Below, piece after piece: positions 62,575-64,000 of a DNA stretch of 64,000 bases. The stretch's first letter is position 1. Each line of letters begins with the position of its first letter. Source of the DNA: an uncultured virus (IMG/VR IMGVR_UViG_3300042569_001723) (Duplodnaviria > Heunggongvirae > Uroviricota > Caudoviricetes); the IMG/VR virus record IMGVR_UViG_3300042569_001723, positions 1-64,000 of that record; one strand, given 5' to 3'. The position numbers and the translations under genes are program-made. The notes beneath the pieces are model-generated. The model saw nothing but the letters and a program-made list of their open reading frames with translations. It made no database searches and had not been told where the DNA came from.

Positions 62575-64000
62575 ATGCCAATATTATTTAGAAGAACAAA
62601 CATTTTAGACCCATACTCTTGGGCGGTAGGTTCAGGGGGTACTGGCGCTTTTGGTCAAAATGGTAGTACTGACGAAAACGAAAGAGTAATCGGCACAGAC
62701 CCTTTTGGTAATAGTTCAGTTGTCTGGGAATCTAGACCAAACGGTTCCGCTGCTGATGATGGTGGTTGGAATAACGGATTTCATAATGTGGATGAATATT
62801 CATTATATAGATGGTCAGTTTGGGTCAAAAGAACAACATCAAGTGCTGGAGGAACATCATATTTGGGACTTTACGGTAGTCCTAATGCTGTTATTAGAAT
62901 AGATAACGGAGCACAAGAAGGTAACCCATATTTTGAATGTAGTGGTACTGGTGCATATACTCAAAACGTTTGGTATCTACTTGTTGGACATTGTTTTCCA
63001 TCTAATTACACTGGTGGTGCAACAACACACCCTGATTCTGGTAGATACATAACAAGTGGTAGAAATGGTAGTGTTAATTTTTGTAACATTGGCGGTGACG
63101 TAAAATGGTATCCGGGAACAACAGGTGGATATCATAGAGTATATCATTATTATTGTGGTGATAACACAACCAGATTACAATGGTTTGACCCAAGATTAGA
63201 TAAATGTGATGGCTCAGAACCAACAATATCTGACCTATTAAACAATAGACAAGCAAAGTTAGAATCTACAACCGTTACAGTTGAAGGTGCCGCACTTAAG
63301 CAACAAAAAGTAGTTGCAACAGGTGGTGTTATAACAACTGTTGGTGAGTATCGAGTTCATAGATTTAATAGTAGTGGAACATTTACCCTATCATCACTTA
63401 GATCGGGATCAATTGAGGTTGAATATCTAATAGCAGCTGGCGGTGGTGGCGGTGGTACTAATATGGGCGGTGGAGGTGGAGGTGGAGGTGTCCTTAATGG
63501 AACCACAATTCTAACTCCAACAACATATACCATAACTGTTGGTGGAGGTGGCGCAGGTGCGCCCGCGGGAACCACAGGTGGACACCCAACCGTAACAGGT
63601 GCTAATGGTGGTAATTCTTCATTTAATGGTTTAACTGCTATAGGTGGTGGCTGGGGTGGCGTTTCATATAACACACAAGGATTAGGTATACATTTTGGTA
63701 ATTCAGGTGGTTCAGGTGGTGGAGCTTCGGGTTATAATAATGATGGTGCAGCACCTGGAGCATATGGTTCAGGAGCGGGTATTTCAGGACAAGGATTTAG
63801 AGGTGGTTATCAAGGTAACTCATACTACTCAGGTGGTGGTGGAGGTGCAGGCGCCGCAGGTGCAGATGGAAACAATAGACCCGATGGTGGTGCCGGTAAA
63901 TTAACGGGAATTTTAGGTAAACCATTTTATTTCGGAGGCGGTGGTGGTGGCGGAAGTTACTCACTATCTACAGGTGGTTATGGTGGTGTTGGCGGAGGTG
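62575..64000 (+). CDS. Partial CDS: beta-rich N-terminal domain plus glycine-rich domain; probable adhesin/tail protein
   Basis: ATG at 62575 (MPILFRRTNILDPYSW...), open to the window end; YRVHRFNSSGTF..VEYLIAAGGGGGG..YTITVGGGGAG glycine-rich pattern. Confidence 0.75.
   Translation, partial: MPILFRRTNILDPYSWAVGSGGTGAFGQNGSTDENERVIGTDPFGNSSVVWESRPNGSAADDGGWNNGFHNVDEYSLYRWSVWVKRTTSSAGGTSYLGLYGSPNAVIRIDNGAQEGNPYFECSGTGAYTQNVWYLLVGHCFPSNYTGGATTHPDSGRYITSGRNGSVNFCNIGGDVKWYPGTTGGYHRVYHYYCGDNTTRLQWFDPRLDKCDGSEPTISDLLNNRQAKLESTTVTVEGAALKQQKVVATGGVITTVGEYRVHRFNSSGTFTLSSLRSGSIEVEYLIAAGGGGGGTNMGGGGGGGGVLNGTTILTPTTYTITVGGGGAGAPAGTTGGHPTVTGANGGNSSFNGLTAIGGGWGGVSYNTQGLGIHFGNSGGSGGGASGYNNDGAAPGAYGSGAGISGQGFRGGYQGNSYYSGGGGGAGAAGADGNNRPDGGAGKLTGILGKPFYFGGGGGGGSYSLSTGGYGGVGGG

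Noticed and set aside
62705..63904. Short ORFs listed at 62705, 63074, 63357 and 63695
   Set aside because: All overlap the long open frame from 62575 that runs off the window end
1..64000. Stop-codon reassignment
   Set aside because: Standard code gives near-complete coding density with intact motifs and tight gene coupling

Overview
AT-rich, gene-dense, almost entirely plus-strand segment of a large tailed-phage (jumbo-phage-like) genome; the host cannot be named from sequence. Two paralogous virion-fibre cassettes (about 0.4-15.6 kb and 53.2-64 kb) each contain a giant protein (2230 aa and 2585 aa) built from Gly-X-Y repeats rich in Ser/Thr, followed by small LamG, fibrinogen-like or Gly-rich proteins. 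They flank a ~36 kb island (16.2-52.1 kb) of modification enzymes: glycosyltransferases (GT-A, two GT7 with LamG inserts, GT4, TibC/Aah-like), methyltransferases, SGNH-like proteins, three twitch/SPASM radical SAMs, a carbamoyltransferase, a CysC module, sulfotransferases and five 2OG-Fe(II) oxygenases. The best candidate for a new system is 37543-45937. It begins with a fusion of a circularly permuted ATP-grasp, a Hint domain and a 42-aa 8-Cys peptide, which looks like a self-cleaving precursor. A 29-aa micro-ORF and a run of tailoring enzymes follow, and nearly all of those enzymes end in the same basic-hydrophobic tail (e.g. KTLI/KSLI/NKLI). Other signals are three ACAU-loop hairpins over a start codon and two promoter classes (TATTTAT; TTGAnn-17-TATATT). 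No tRNA, rRNA, CRISPR array, integrase or reverse transcriptase was seen. All family assignments are by motif recognition, not database search.
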